This document shows positions 18,502 to 27,211 of a DNA stretch of 64,000 nt, one piece after another. The DNA is taken from contig CBDCNQ010000002.1 of the NCBI GenBank assembly GCA_965219445.1, positions 512,001 through 576,000 of the forward strand. Reading direction: 5' to 3'. The notes under the pieces are model-generated. The model made no database searches and was not told the DNA's origin. It saw only the letters and a program-made list of their open reading frames with translations. The DNA comes from Longimicrobiales bacterium. Lineage in GTDB: Bacteria > Gemmatimonadota > Gemmatimonadetes > Longimicrobiales > Gaopeijiaceae. Within the stretch, counting starts at the first letter, position 1. The number at the start of each line of letters is the position of its first letter. The translations under genes and the position numbers were made by a program.

Positions 18502-20790
18502 ATGACGACGGAATCGAGTGACTATTCGGTAAACCAGATGGCGGTCGGCTTCACGCTGGGTGCGGCGCTCGGTCTGACGCCCCTTGTCAGCCTGTACAAC
18601 CTCGTCTTCCTCGCCGCCTTGATCGCACTGCGTCTTTCTCTCAGCACTTTCACGTTGGCCTGGATTGTTGCGATTCCCTTCGGCTTCCTGCTCGATCCAG
18701 TCTTCCACCGCCTCGGGTCCGCCCTGCTCTCCTCCGAGTTTCTGACGCCGCTTTGGATCCAGGCAGCCAGCGCGCCGCTGGTGCCCCTCACTCGGTTCAA
18801 TAACACGGTGACTTTGGGGAGCTTGGTATTTTGGGCCGCGGCAGTGGTCCCGCTCTTCTTCCTGAGCCGGAGAGGTGTCGCTGCCTATCGCGGCGGCCTG
18901 GAACGCCTTCTGGCGGGCATACCGTGGGTCGGTGCCATCGGGCGTGTCGGTATCGTCCGCCGCCTGCTCGGGCTGGAGGCCGGCCGCCGCGGGTGGATCC
19001 GAAAGGGGTTCGTTCTTCCGTTGGCATTGTTCGTGAGCCTGGGAGTCGGCGCCTGGTGGTTGCTGGCGGACCGGGGGGCGCGCGCAGGTGTGGAGCGGGC
19101 GGGAACCCGAATCGTGGGGGCTACGGTCGACGTGGGCACGATGGATGTCGATCTCACCGACGGCGTACTCGTGATGACCGGCCTTCAGGTCACGGATCCC
19201 TCGGCCCCCGAGAACAACATCGTCGAAATCGGAGAAATCGCGGCGGCGATGTCTGCGGGCCCGCTACTGAGGGCCAAGGTCGCGATCGACAGTGTCGTGG
19301 TGCGCGACATTCGGTTCAATACCAGGCGTGAAACCCCCGGGGAGGTCGATACGCTCCGAGAGCGCAGCACCGTCTTTCGGGATGAAATGGAGCGCTGGAG
19401 GGCGTCCACTAGAATTCCGACCATTCCCACACCGAGCCTTTCGAGTCCGGTCGACTTCAGCAGCCTCAGCGCTGATTCTTTTGAGACGGTGATCCGGGCC
19501 CGGGAGTTGGCGGGGACCCTCGCCGTGACCCGCGGCGCCTTCGGAGACCGGCTAGAGGCCCTGGACGCTGGGGCGCAGATCGACGCTGCGTCGGCCCTGC
19601 TCATGTCACTCGAGGGTGCCTCGGTTAGGAGTCTGGGGCTCGGCGGGGCCACGCGTGCGGTGAGCTCTCTGCGTTCTATGGCCGCGGGGATCACGGACAT
19701 TGTCCCACGCGTCGCCGAGCTGGAGGAGAATCTAGCGGCGGAAGGGGCGGACCTGCGTCGAGGCCTGGCGGCGCTGGACGATCTTCGGGACGGTGATTAC
19801 AGAAGAGCCCTGAGCGTGCTGAACCTCCCCTCCTTCGACCCCGACGATATCAGTGCTGCCCTGCTCCAGGCTCCGCTGATGGAGCGTGTGGAGACCCTCC
19901 TTTACTGGGCACGGGTCGTCGATGCCAATCTCCCCGATGGGAGCCGGTCCTTTCGGTTCGAGGGGCCCGAACGGCTCCGCGGTGCCGGCGAGGACGTGAC
20001 GTTTCCATCCGTGGGTTCCGCCCTGCCCGCATTCGCCATGAACAAGCTGGAGGGCTCGGTGACGATTGGTGCGCTGACCGGCTTCGCGATTCGGGTGCTC
20101 GACCTGAGCTCGGATCCCGGTGCCACCGGAAGGCCGACCACAGTCCAACTCACGGGGGAAAGCGGAGCGACCCGCGCGGGGCTCGATCTGAGCCTGGACC
20201 GGACCGGAGACGTGGCCGAGGACCAGCTGGTCGCACGATTGTCTGGACTGCCCCTTCCAGAGCTGGAGATCGCCGCCCTGGGGGCCCGTCTCGATCTTGG
20301 GGAGGGAGGCACAAGTGTCGACCTCTCGAGGGCGGGAGACGCGATCGTCGGGGAGGTCACGTGGTCCGCGGCGGGAGCGAGTTGGCAGCGCAGTGGCCCC
20401 GACGCGGCAGGCGCCGCCGCCTACCTCTGGGACGTCGTGTCGGGTCTGACTTCGATAGAGATCACACTCGGGCTGGACGGAACCCTCTCTTCACCGGGAA
20501 TCTCGGTCCGATCCAACATCGGCGAGCAGATCGTGCGGAGCTTGAGGGATCAGATCGGGAACGAGGTCCGCCGGGCAGAGGCCCGGGCACGGGCTGAGGT
20601 GGATCGGCTCATCGAGCAGTCCCTCACCGAAGTACGGAGCCAGGTGGCAGACTTCGAGGAGGGTATCGGTGCGACGCTCAGCGACTACACAGGGGAGCTG
20701 GACCGAGTGAAGACGTCGCTCGAGACGCGCCTAAGGGACTTCACGCCGAGTCTGCCGACCTTGCCCAGGTTGCCCGGGTTGCCAGGATAG
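18502..20790 (+). CDS. TIGR03546-like plus TIGR03545-like (AsmA-related) fusion protein
   Basis: N-terminal QMAVGFTLGAALGLTP..LLDPVFHRLGSALL..PLVPLTRFNNTVTLGSL, then a TM helix and GATVDVG..GLQVTDPSAP..N AsmA-like start, with C-terminal P.ISVRSNI and a helical tail. Family names are from recall. Confidence 0.72.
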   Translation: MTTESSDYSVNQMAVGFTLGAALGLTPLVSLYNLVFLAALIALRLSLSTFTLAWIVAIPFGFLLDPVFHRLGSALLSSEFLTPLWIQAASAPLVPLTRFNNTVTLGSLVFWAAAVVPLFFLSRRGVAAYRGGLERLLAGIPWVGAIGRVGIVRRLLGLEAGRRGWIRKGFVLPLALFVSLGVGAWWLLADRGARAGVERAGTRIVGATVDVGTMDVDLTDGVLVMTGLQVTDPSAPENNIVEIGEIAAAMSAGPLLRAKVAIDSVVVRDIRFNTRRETPGEVDTLRERSTVFRDEMERWRASTRIPTIPTPSLSSPVDFSSLSADSFETVIRARELAGTLAVTRGAFGDRLEALDAGAQIDAASALLMSLEGASVRSLGLGGATRAVSSLRSMAAGITDIVPRVAELEENLAAEGADLRRGLAALDDLRDGDYRRALSVLNLPSFDPDDISAALLQAPLMERVETLLYWARVVDANLPDGSRSFRFEGPERLRGAGEDVTFPSVGSALPAFAMNKLEGSVTIGALTGFAIRVLDLSSDPGATGRPTTVQLTGESGATRAGLDLSLDRTGDVAEDQLVARLSGLPLPELEIAALGARLDLGEGGTSVDLSRAGDAIVGEVTWSAAGASWQRSGPDAAGAAAYLWDVVSGLTSIEITLGLDGTLSSPGISVRSNIGEQIVRSLRDQIGNEVRRAEARARAEVDRLIEQSLTEVRSQVADFEEGIGATLSDYTGELDRVKTSLETRLRDFTPSLPTLPRLPGLPG

Positions 20791-20895
20791 AGCCGCTCAG
20801 AGGACGGTAGCTTGGCAGCCAGCACTCCCCAGCCGAGCGCCGCAACGGACGGCCCGGTCGGGGAGCTCGCAGGCTCGTCCTTCTGGGTCCACGCC

Positions 20896-21546
20896 TCAGA
20901 GCGTTGGGGAGGCCATCGTCATACCGAGGTGCTCTATGACGAGTGCGACCCGCCGATTTTCGATCCCCTCATCCTGTCCCGCTCGATCGGGGAAGACCAG
21001 GCGCTCCGGAGCTTCTCCGTAGCTGACGGCTCTGACACGATCCCCGCGGAAGCCGGCGGTCTCGATCATGTATCGGCGGACGGCCTCTGCGCGCCGCCGC
21101 CCGAGATCGAGATTGTACTCGGGGGAGCCCGCACGGTCCGTAAAGCCCTCGACCGTGAGCAGGACGTCAGGATAGTACTCGGATACGACGTCGCCGAAAC
21201 GCGCCAGCACAGGAAGGTCCTCCGGGCGCAGTTCATCTCGATCGAAGCCGAAATAGACAGGAACATCGAAGCGAATTGCCGTTTCCAGGCGCTCTACGGT
21301 CACGTCGAACTCGCCTTCCAGGTCGGAGAGCGCGTCCGTCAGGCGATCCAAGCGGGCCGACAACGCAGCGATCTGAGCGGCGTTGCGGCCGTCCATCCCA
21401 TTATCCTGTGTTGCGAGCTCTGCTCTAAGCGCGGCGATTTCCGCCTCGAACTCCTCTTGGCCCACATGTGCGCAAGAGGTGGCGAGCATTGCGAAGACGA
21501 GAGTGAAGGCTATCGCGAGCCTCGATTTGACTGCCGATCCTATCAT
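20896..21546 (-). CDS. OmpA/Pal-like peptidoglycan-binding lipoprotein
   Basis: Lipobox ATSC, a coiled coil, VYFGFDRDEL, VEGFTDRAGSPEYNLDLGRRRAEAV, SYGE and NRRV. Confidence 0.92.
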   Translation of the reverse strand: MIGSAVKSRLAIAFTLVFAMLATSCAHVGQEEFEAEIAALRAELATQDNGMDGRNAAQIAALSARLDRLTDALSDLEGEFDVTVERLETAIRFDVPVYFGFDRDELRPEDLPVLARFGDVVSEYYPDVLLTVEGFTDRAGSPEYNLDLGRRRAEAVRRYMIETAGFRGDRVRAVSYGEAPERLVFPDRAGQDEGIENRRVALVIEHLGMTMASPTL

Positions 21547-21627
21547 CGATCCCCCTCAGCTTGAGGCATCCTGAGCCGTGCTCTTCGATGGTAGCCGAAC
21601 AATCGCTGGGTTCTTCGCGCCTGGCAA

Positions 21628-21667
21628 GAAAAATCGCGGGGACCGCCCGTCAGGCGGCCCCCGCGAT
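21628..21667 (-). terminator. Rho-independent terminator after the VWA lipoprotein gene
   Basis: Stem ATCGCGGGGACCGCC / GGCGGCCCCCGCGAT followed by a U-run on the minus strand. Confidence 0.75.
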
Positions 21668-21695
21668 GACCTGCATCACGCGATGACCTGTATCA
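21662..21695. repeat. 17-bp tandem duplication covering a stop codon
   Basis: CGCGATGACCTGCATCA followed by CGCGATGACCTGTATCA (16/17). Confidence 0.8.
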
Positions 21696-22448
21696 GAGGA
21701 TGCGTTCCCTTCTCACGCGAAAGTCTACGTTGTCCGTAACCCATTTCCACAGGAGTTCCTGCTCTGCCATGGCGAGCTCGGGACGGAACTGGGCGTTCCA
21801 GCCCGTCATCACTTCGGCATCCTGAGTCCAGAGCCGAACTCGTCTTCGACTCACCGCCGTCCTCCAGCTCGAGGCCACGGTGGGAGTCGGATGGAGCACA
21901 CGAACGGTCACACTCCGCGACAAGTATTCCAAAGGGCTCACATCGATGGATTTGTATGGGTCCTCAGGCTCGGATCCTCGGGCGACGTCGGGGACGCCAT
22001 CCGTAAAGAGGACCATGTTCAGCGGAGCCAGCGTGAGCCCCCTCTGCTTGACCAGATCCGCCCCCTGCGCGAAGAACGTGTTGAAATCCGTGAGCTGATC
22101 GTCGGAGGGGAACCATGCCCGCAAATCAGCCTCGATTTGGTGTCGGTCCTTGCCAAGGAAGTCGTGAATCGGGTGGAACGTTTTTGCTTCCCCTTGGGTG
22201 CTCCCACCCACCGAGCCCACAAAGACCGAAGTCGGTACCTGGAGCCCTCCGAAGCCGTTCAGATGGGCCTCGAGGTAGTGGGCAGCAAACCGTATGGCGT
22301 CCCCGTAACTTCCTGAATTCTGAAACGACCCGCTCACATCGATCCCCATTATCAACGTGTATCGGGGAGCGCGGGTGGAGTCCTCGGCGGGAACGCACGC
22401 CGCTAGGGCGAGCAAGCCCCCCACCGCGAACCGCAAGACCCGATTCAT
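21693..22448 (-). CDS. VWA-domain lipoprotein
   Basis: Lipobox LAAC, MGIDVSGSF (DxSxS), LTDF and LFTDG MIDAS elements. Confidence 0.8.
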   Translation of the reverse strand: MNRVLRFAVGGLLALAACVPAEDSTRAPRYTLIMGIDVSGSFQNSGSYGDAIRFAAHYLEAHLNGFGGLQVPTSVFVGSVGGSTQGEAKTFHPIHDFLGKDRHQIEADLRAWFPSDDQLTDFNTFFAQGADLVKQRGLTLAPLNMVLFTDGVPDVARGSEPEDPYKSIDVSPLEYLSRSVTVRVLHPTPTVASSWRTAVSRRRVRLWTQDAEVMTGWNAQFRPELAMAEQELLWKWVTDNVDFRVRRERIL

Positions 22449-23728
22449 GTCGTCACCTCGCCCAAGACGGGATCCCCGCCCGATCGGCTCTTCGAACCGC
22501 CCCGCTTGGCCTTCGTGTCCGCTGCGGCGCCAGGGAAGGGCGTGTCGGCGAGCACATCACTGAGATTCTTGAGCGGGAACGTGAACACGGGGTGCGAACT
22601 GATCGCCACCACAGGGAAGTTCACGGCCATGGCCAGGAGCTGGAGAACCGGCAGCGACGCGAGCTCCACGCCACGGCGCCCCTCCTTTTTGAACCACGCT
22701 GTTTCGCTCTTCATGGCCTCGATCGGCTCCCTCCACAACGTCCTCGAGGACTCAGAGGAGGCCTTGACCGGGGCTTCCTGCCCAACCTCAACCTGGCGGG
22801 AGACGATGGCGATCAGCGAGGGGGTACCGAAGCGCCCGAAGAGGAACCAAGTCATGCCTCGAATCCCGATCCATCCGAAGACCCCGAGTGCCAGCGTGGA
22901 GACCAGGCCCATTTGGATCTGGCCGCCGCTCTGCTGATTGATCCAAGGCGTAATCGCGTCGATGAGCTCACGATACAGGAACACGACCTCGAAGAACGCC
23001 ACGAAGAACTCGACCAGGATCATCTGGATCACCTCTCCGATCCTCCGCGACCGGATCGCTTCGGTCATCACCTGGATGCTCGCGAAGCTTCCCGCGATGA
23101 GGAAGAAGAGGAAGAACCACAGGACGGGCATCACGAACAGCCGGTTCGGGACGAAGCCGGTGATGTCCGCCAGCACCTCGGTAAGCGTAGGCATCAAGGT
23201 GAAGCTGAAGATGGTGGCCTCGAGCCCAGACCAAATGAGCGTCAGGATCACCGCGATCCAGGGTACACCCGGCTTCAGGTAGCGGCTCGCTAATGAATCG
23301 AACATCCCCAGAGGCGCTGAGATGAAGCCCTTCACTGCCACCAGCAACATCCGGATGATCAAAGCAATCAGACTCCAGACCCATCCGAGCACCAGTGCGG
23401 CGAACCGCATGACGCCGGTCCAAAAGAACCAGATGCCGCGTCCCGTATCCCACCATCCCAGGGCGATCGTCGTGAGGAACCTACCTCTGTGTGACCGGAA
23501 CGGGAGCGTGTAGACCGACAACATGGTCGACCAGACCGCCACGATCAGAAGCAGAATCGGCATCAGGAGGAAGAACCTCCTCAGCACGATGCCAGAGGCC
23601 GAGTCCGCGTACCAACTGAAGTTCAGGATGGCGGATTGCCATTCCGGGATCCACCACAACGGCGCTCCTAGAAACTCTACCGCACGGTGCCACTCTGATG
23701 GTAAATAGGATATCAGTGCCTCGAACAT
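22445..23728 (-). CDS. Polytopic membrane protein of unknown function
   Basis: GAGGG RBS and ATG at 23728 (MFEALISY). About 7-8 hydrophobic segments. ATGA-coupled to the VWA lipoprotein. The ORF-track extension to 24031 overlaps mltG and is rejected. Confidence 0.78.
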   Translation of the reverse strand: MFEALISYLPSEWHRAVEFLGAPLWWIPEWQSAILNFSWYADSASGIVLRRFFLLMPILLLIVAVWSTMLSVYTLPFRSHRGRFLTTIALGWWDTGRGIWFFWTGVMRFAALVLGWVWSLIALIIRMLLVAVKGFISAPLGMFDSLASRYLKPGVPWIAVILTLIWSGLEATIFSFTLMPTLTEVLADITGFVPNRLFVMPVLWFFLFFLIAGSFASIQVMTEAIRSRRIGEVIQMILVEFFVAFFEVVFLYRELIDAITPWINQQSGGQIQMGLVSTLALGVFGWIGIRGMTWFLFGRFGTPSLIAIVSRQVEVGQEAPVKASSESSRTLWREPIEAMKSETAWFKKEGRRGVELASLPVLQLLAMAVNFPVVAISSHPVFTFPLKNLSDVLADTPFPGAAADTKAKRGGSKSRSGGDPVLGEVTT

Positions 23729-23837
23729 GACGTTTCCCTCGTTAGTGGGCGCGGTAGGACCATGTTCGCCCGCCTCCAGAAAGTCCGATTCTGACAAGGT
23801 CCTATACAAAGCTAGGCACACCCGTCGGAGATACTCA

Positions 23838-24863
23838 ATGAAAATCGTAAACCCCTCAAGGTTGACAAATACGATTCGGGTGTGGCGACTTTTGCCTCTT
23901 TTTCTCGCTACGTTTCTGCTCGTTCTTGGGGCGTGCGCGCCGCCAACAGCAAGGGAAACGATCTGGGTCACGATTCCCCCTGACGCGCCGCTCGAGGCAG
24001 TCACGGACTCCTTGGTGGCCAACGGAATCATCCAGTCTCCGCAAGCGTTTCAGCGGTTGGCGAGGATGGGACGTGCCCACCTGGGTATCCAACCCGGGCT
24101 CTACGACCTACAACCCAACAGCCCGATCGGTGCGGTTCTGGTCCGACTGCGTAAGGGGACTGCTCCGGTAAAACGGTTCGTACTTCCCAAGGGCATCTGG
24201 CTGACCGAATTGGCTGCACGAATCGAGCAGCAGATGGGCCTCGAGCAGGAAGCCTTCTTGGCGGCCGCGAGTTCCCCTGTCCTTCTGTCCCGGCTGGGTG
24301 CACGGGGCAACAGCGCGGAAGGGTACGTATACCCTTCGGTGTATTACCTGCGGGAGAGCGCGAGCGCGGATGAAATTCTGGATCAGGTCACGGACACGTT
24401 CGAGGCTCACTGGAATTCGGATTGGGACCAACGGTCGGCGTTTCTGGGGCTCACGCGGGACGAGGTCGTCACCCTCGCATCGATCATAGAGGGTGAGGGG
24501 CCGGCTGAAGAGGATTTGCTCGACATATCGTCCGTGTACCACAACCGCCTGAACCGAGGAATGCGATTGCAGGCGGATCCAACCGTGGTCTTCGCTCTGG
24601 GCCAGCGCCGGCGTTTGCTCAACCGGGACTACGCGACCGATTCTCCGTTCAATACGTATCGGATGGTTGGACTTCCCCCGTCACCCATCGGCAACCCATC
24701 GAGTTCGAGTATTGAAGCAGCATTGTATCCCGACTCCACGGACTTTCTCTACTCCGTGGCGCGGCCGAATGGGCGTCACAGATTTTCGGTCACGTATGAA
24801 GAGCACCTTCGGGCCATCGGGGAGATCAGAAAAGAAGAAGGGGAGACCGGCCATCGAAATTGA
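23838..24863 (+). CDS. mltG: Endolytic transglycosylase MltG (start uncertain)
   Basis: EGYVYPSVY, VTLASIIEGE (catalytic Glu), SVYHNRLNRGMRLQADPTV, SPFNTY..GLPPSPIGNP. Confidence 0.93.
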   Translation: MKIVNPSRLTNTIRVWRLLPLFLATFLLVLGACAPPTARETIWVTIPPDAPLEAVTDSLVANGIIQSPQAFQRLARMGRAHLGIQPGLYDLQPNSPIGAVLVRLRKGTAPVKRFVLPKGIWLTELAARIEQQMGLEQEAFLAAASSPVLLSRLGARGNSAEGYVYPSVYYLRESASADEILDQVTDTFEAHWNSDWDQRSAFLGLTRDEVVTLASIIEGEGPAEEDLLDISSVYHNRLNRGMRLQADPTVVFALGQRRRLLNRDYATDSPFNTYRMVGLPPSPIGNPSSSSIEAALYPDSTDFLYSVARPNGRHRFSVTYEEHLRAIGEIRKEEGETGHRN

Positions 24864-24899
24864 GGCCGACTCCCCTTCGCTACCTCTACGGCAGGCTGG

Positions 24900-25295
24900 T
24901 TACCCCACCGTAAACCGGATCGTCTCGAGAACGTTACCTCTGGCGTCGCGTACCTCAACGCGCCAGTCGCCGGCCCATTCCGGTGGGATGGCCTTGTTGC
25001 TCCAAGTCCTCCACGGAGATCCCCCGATGCTGAGCGCGAGATCGGCTCTCTCGACTTCGCCGTGGATCCAGACATGGTGGATCATGGTGTCTCCCTCTGC
25101 TCCTTGGATACGGGTCCAGGCATAGACCCTCTCCACGTTGGCCGGGAACGTCATGGCCTCGCCAGTCGGCATCCGGTCGACGACACCCGTCGCCAAGGCG
25201 GATTCCGCCACAGTGAGACTTTGTGCTGAAACGCCAAGCGGGGCGAGTAGCGCTACGAGTGCAAATCCGATCACATTCGTCGTAAGCGATTTCAT
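24900..25295 (-). CDS. DUF2914-like secreted protein
   Basis: GAAGGAG RBS, signal peptide, GVVDRMP, VYAWTRI, IHHVW, WRTWSNK and GDWRVEV. Confidence 0.82.
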   Translation of the reverse strand: MKSLTTNVIGFALVALLAPLGVSAQSLTVAESALATGVVDRMPTGEAMTFPANVERVYAWTRIQGAEGDTMIHHVWIHGEVERADLALSIGGSPWRTWSNKAIPPEWAGDWRVEVRDARGNVLETIRFTVG

Positions 25296-25389
25296 GCTTT
25301 CTCCTTCGTGAAGGACCACCTGTGGTTATCGAGAGGGTCGCGTCGCCATCTCCAGGGCATCGGACGGACCGGCGCCAGGGGAGGACGAG

Positions 25390-26319
25390 TTAGGGGATTA
25401 CCCCGTCAAGGATGTAATTCTGTGGATCTATGGCTCTTCCGCCGACCCAGATTTCATAGTGTACGTGCTCGGCGGTGGCTGTACCGGTCTGGCCCACCTG
25501 AGCAACCGCCATACCACGGTCAACTGGTTGACCGCGCTCCACCAAGAACTTCGATGCGTGCGCGTATCGGGTCATGTATCCAAACCCATGGTCAACCTCG
25601 ACCGTATTCCCATATCCGGTCCGCCAACCCACGTAGGACACCACACCATTGGCGGTCGAAAGGATTGGAGTCCCTTCTGGCGCGTGCAGATCGATTCCCT
25701 CGTGCGGGAGCTCCCGGTCCCAGATCGGGTGCATCCGGGCGTTGCTGAATCTGCTGGTGATGTATCCGTCCGTGGGACTGATGGACGGGGTGGACCGAAG
25801 AAGGTCGTGGTGCGCCTGGAGGCTGTCCATGGCCTCCGAGAGGCTCTCTGAGAGGAGCTGGGTTCTCCGCTCGAGGGCCCGGATGTCATACGAGGTCGCG
25901 AAGGTCACGGCAGCGGAGACGGGGTCTTCCACCCAAAGGGGGCTCGATTCGGGCGTGAGCATGCCTGGTCCGCCGACCCCCACCTCAAAAATCTCCTCAT
26001 CGATGGCGTCGAGGCCGGCCAGAAGGCGGAAACCCTCGTCTTTCTCGATGAGGACGTCGATGGATCCGGCTATCTGAGCCATTCGCCCCTGAATTTCCCC
26101 GATTTCGTCGGAAAGAAGCGACTTTTCGCGCTCGAGCTTTAGGACGTCATATCGGGCCGAGCCATTCAAGGCGACAATCATGGACAGCGAGGTCACCGTG
26201 AGTACGAAGCCTGCGCCGAGAGAGGCCAGATAATGCATGGCCCTACTCGATATGCTGTATTGCCGAGCCCTGTCACCGTGGTCCGACATACATACGAAGG
26301 TCCACCGTTTATTCGGCAT
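25390..26319 (-). CDS. M23 family metallopeptidase with TM anchor and coiled coil
   Basis: TPSISPTDGYITSRF, HEGIDL (HxxxD), GYGNTVEVDHG, TRYAH, HVHYE (HxH). Confidence 0.92.
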   Translation of the reverse strand: MPNKRWTFVCMSDHGDRARQYSISSRAMHYLASLGAGFVLTVTSLSMIVALNGSARYDVLKLEREKSLLSDEIGEIQGRMAQIAGSIDVLIEKDEGFRLLAGLDAIDEEIFEVGVGGPGMLTPESSPLWVEDPVSAAVTFATSYDIRALERRTQLLSESLSEAMDSLQAHHDLLRSTPSISPTDGYITSRFSNARMHPIWDRELPHEGIDLHAPEGTPILSTANGVVSYVGWRTGYGNTVEVDHGFGYMTRYAHASKFLVERGQPVDRGMAVAQVGQTGTATAEHVHYEIWVGGRAIDPQNYILDGVIP

Positions 26320-26787
26320 ACTTATCCCTAGGAGCGTTGCGAAAGCGTTGAGTGGCGAACGTTCGGCATACGTGTGGCAGGGGAAGCCCATATGCACACG
26401 GATCCCCTCTCAATGGAACACGGGGGGATACAACGGCTGGATGGTGCTTCTTTCCGGACATTATCGATGCCAATTCAAGAGCGACCTTCTCGTGCGTTTT
26501 CCTGGGAGGTTCACAACAAGACGCGTGCCGACCGTGTGGGAAGGGTCACGATTGATTTCTACCATATGCTATATATCTTATTGATAATTACTTAGATCGT
26601 TTTACCTCGAAATCATATTATGTTAAGAGGGAGCCCCACCTGGGCTAAAATGTGCCCAAGAAGGGAAAAGAATACCCATGGTAGCGGCGAATTCGACGGG
26701 CACTCGGCAAGCTTTACGCTGGATCTTACGAGTGATACAGTCTCGGGGCAGGACTTTCAATGCAATCAACGACGGTAGGAGGGGGTC

Positions 26788-27165
26788 ATGCGGGCTCTCG
26801 GCGTAGTCATGGCAGCGGTCGCGGTCCTCGTTTCGGCACCGGCCGATGCAGCGGCCCAGGCCGATTTGACTGGGACGTGGGACCTCACCGTGATGACCGA
26901 GCAGGGTAACGAAGTACTTTCGGTCGACATCGTCCAAAACGGTCAAGACCTGACCGCTACTGGCGATGCGGGCGAGTTCGGCGAGATAGAGCTGAAGGGT
27001 ACCCTCGACGGGGCCACCGTTCGCTTCGCGTGGCAACTGGACCTCCAAGGGACTCCGTTGGAGATCGTCTTCTTGGGCACCCTCGCGGATGGCGCGATTT
27101 CCGGAACGGCGGACTTCGGAGGTATGGGCCGGGCAGACTGGGTCGCCGAACGTGCGCAGGACTAA
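26788..27165 (+). CDS. Small secreted beta-rich hypothetical protein
   Basis: AGGAGG RBS, signal peptide ending AAA-Q, then ADLTGTWDL...W.AER. Confidence 0.8.
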   Translation: MRALGVVMAAVAVLVSAPADAAAQADLTGTWDLTVMTEQGNEVLSVDIVQNGQDLTATGDAGEFGEIELKGTLDGATVRFAWQLDLQGTPLEIVFLGTLADGAISGTADFGGMGRADWVAERAQD

Positions 27166-27211
27166 CCGAACAGGCCAGACGCAGCCCGTGTCTCAGACGC
27201 ACGTGCGGGAA

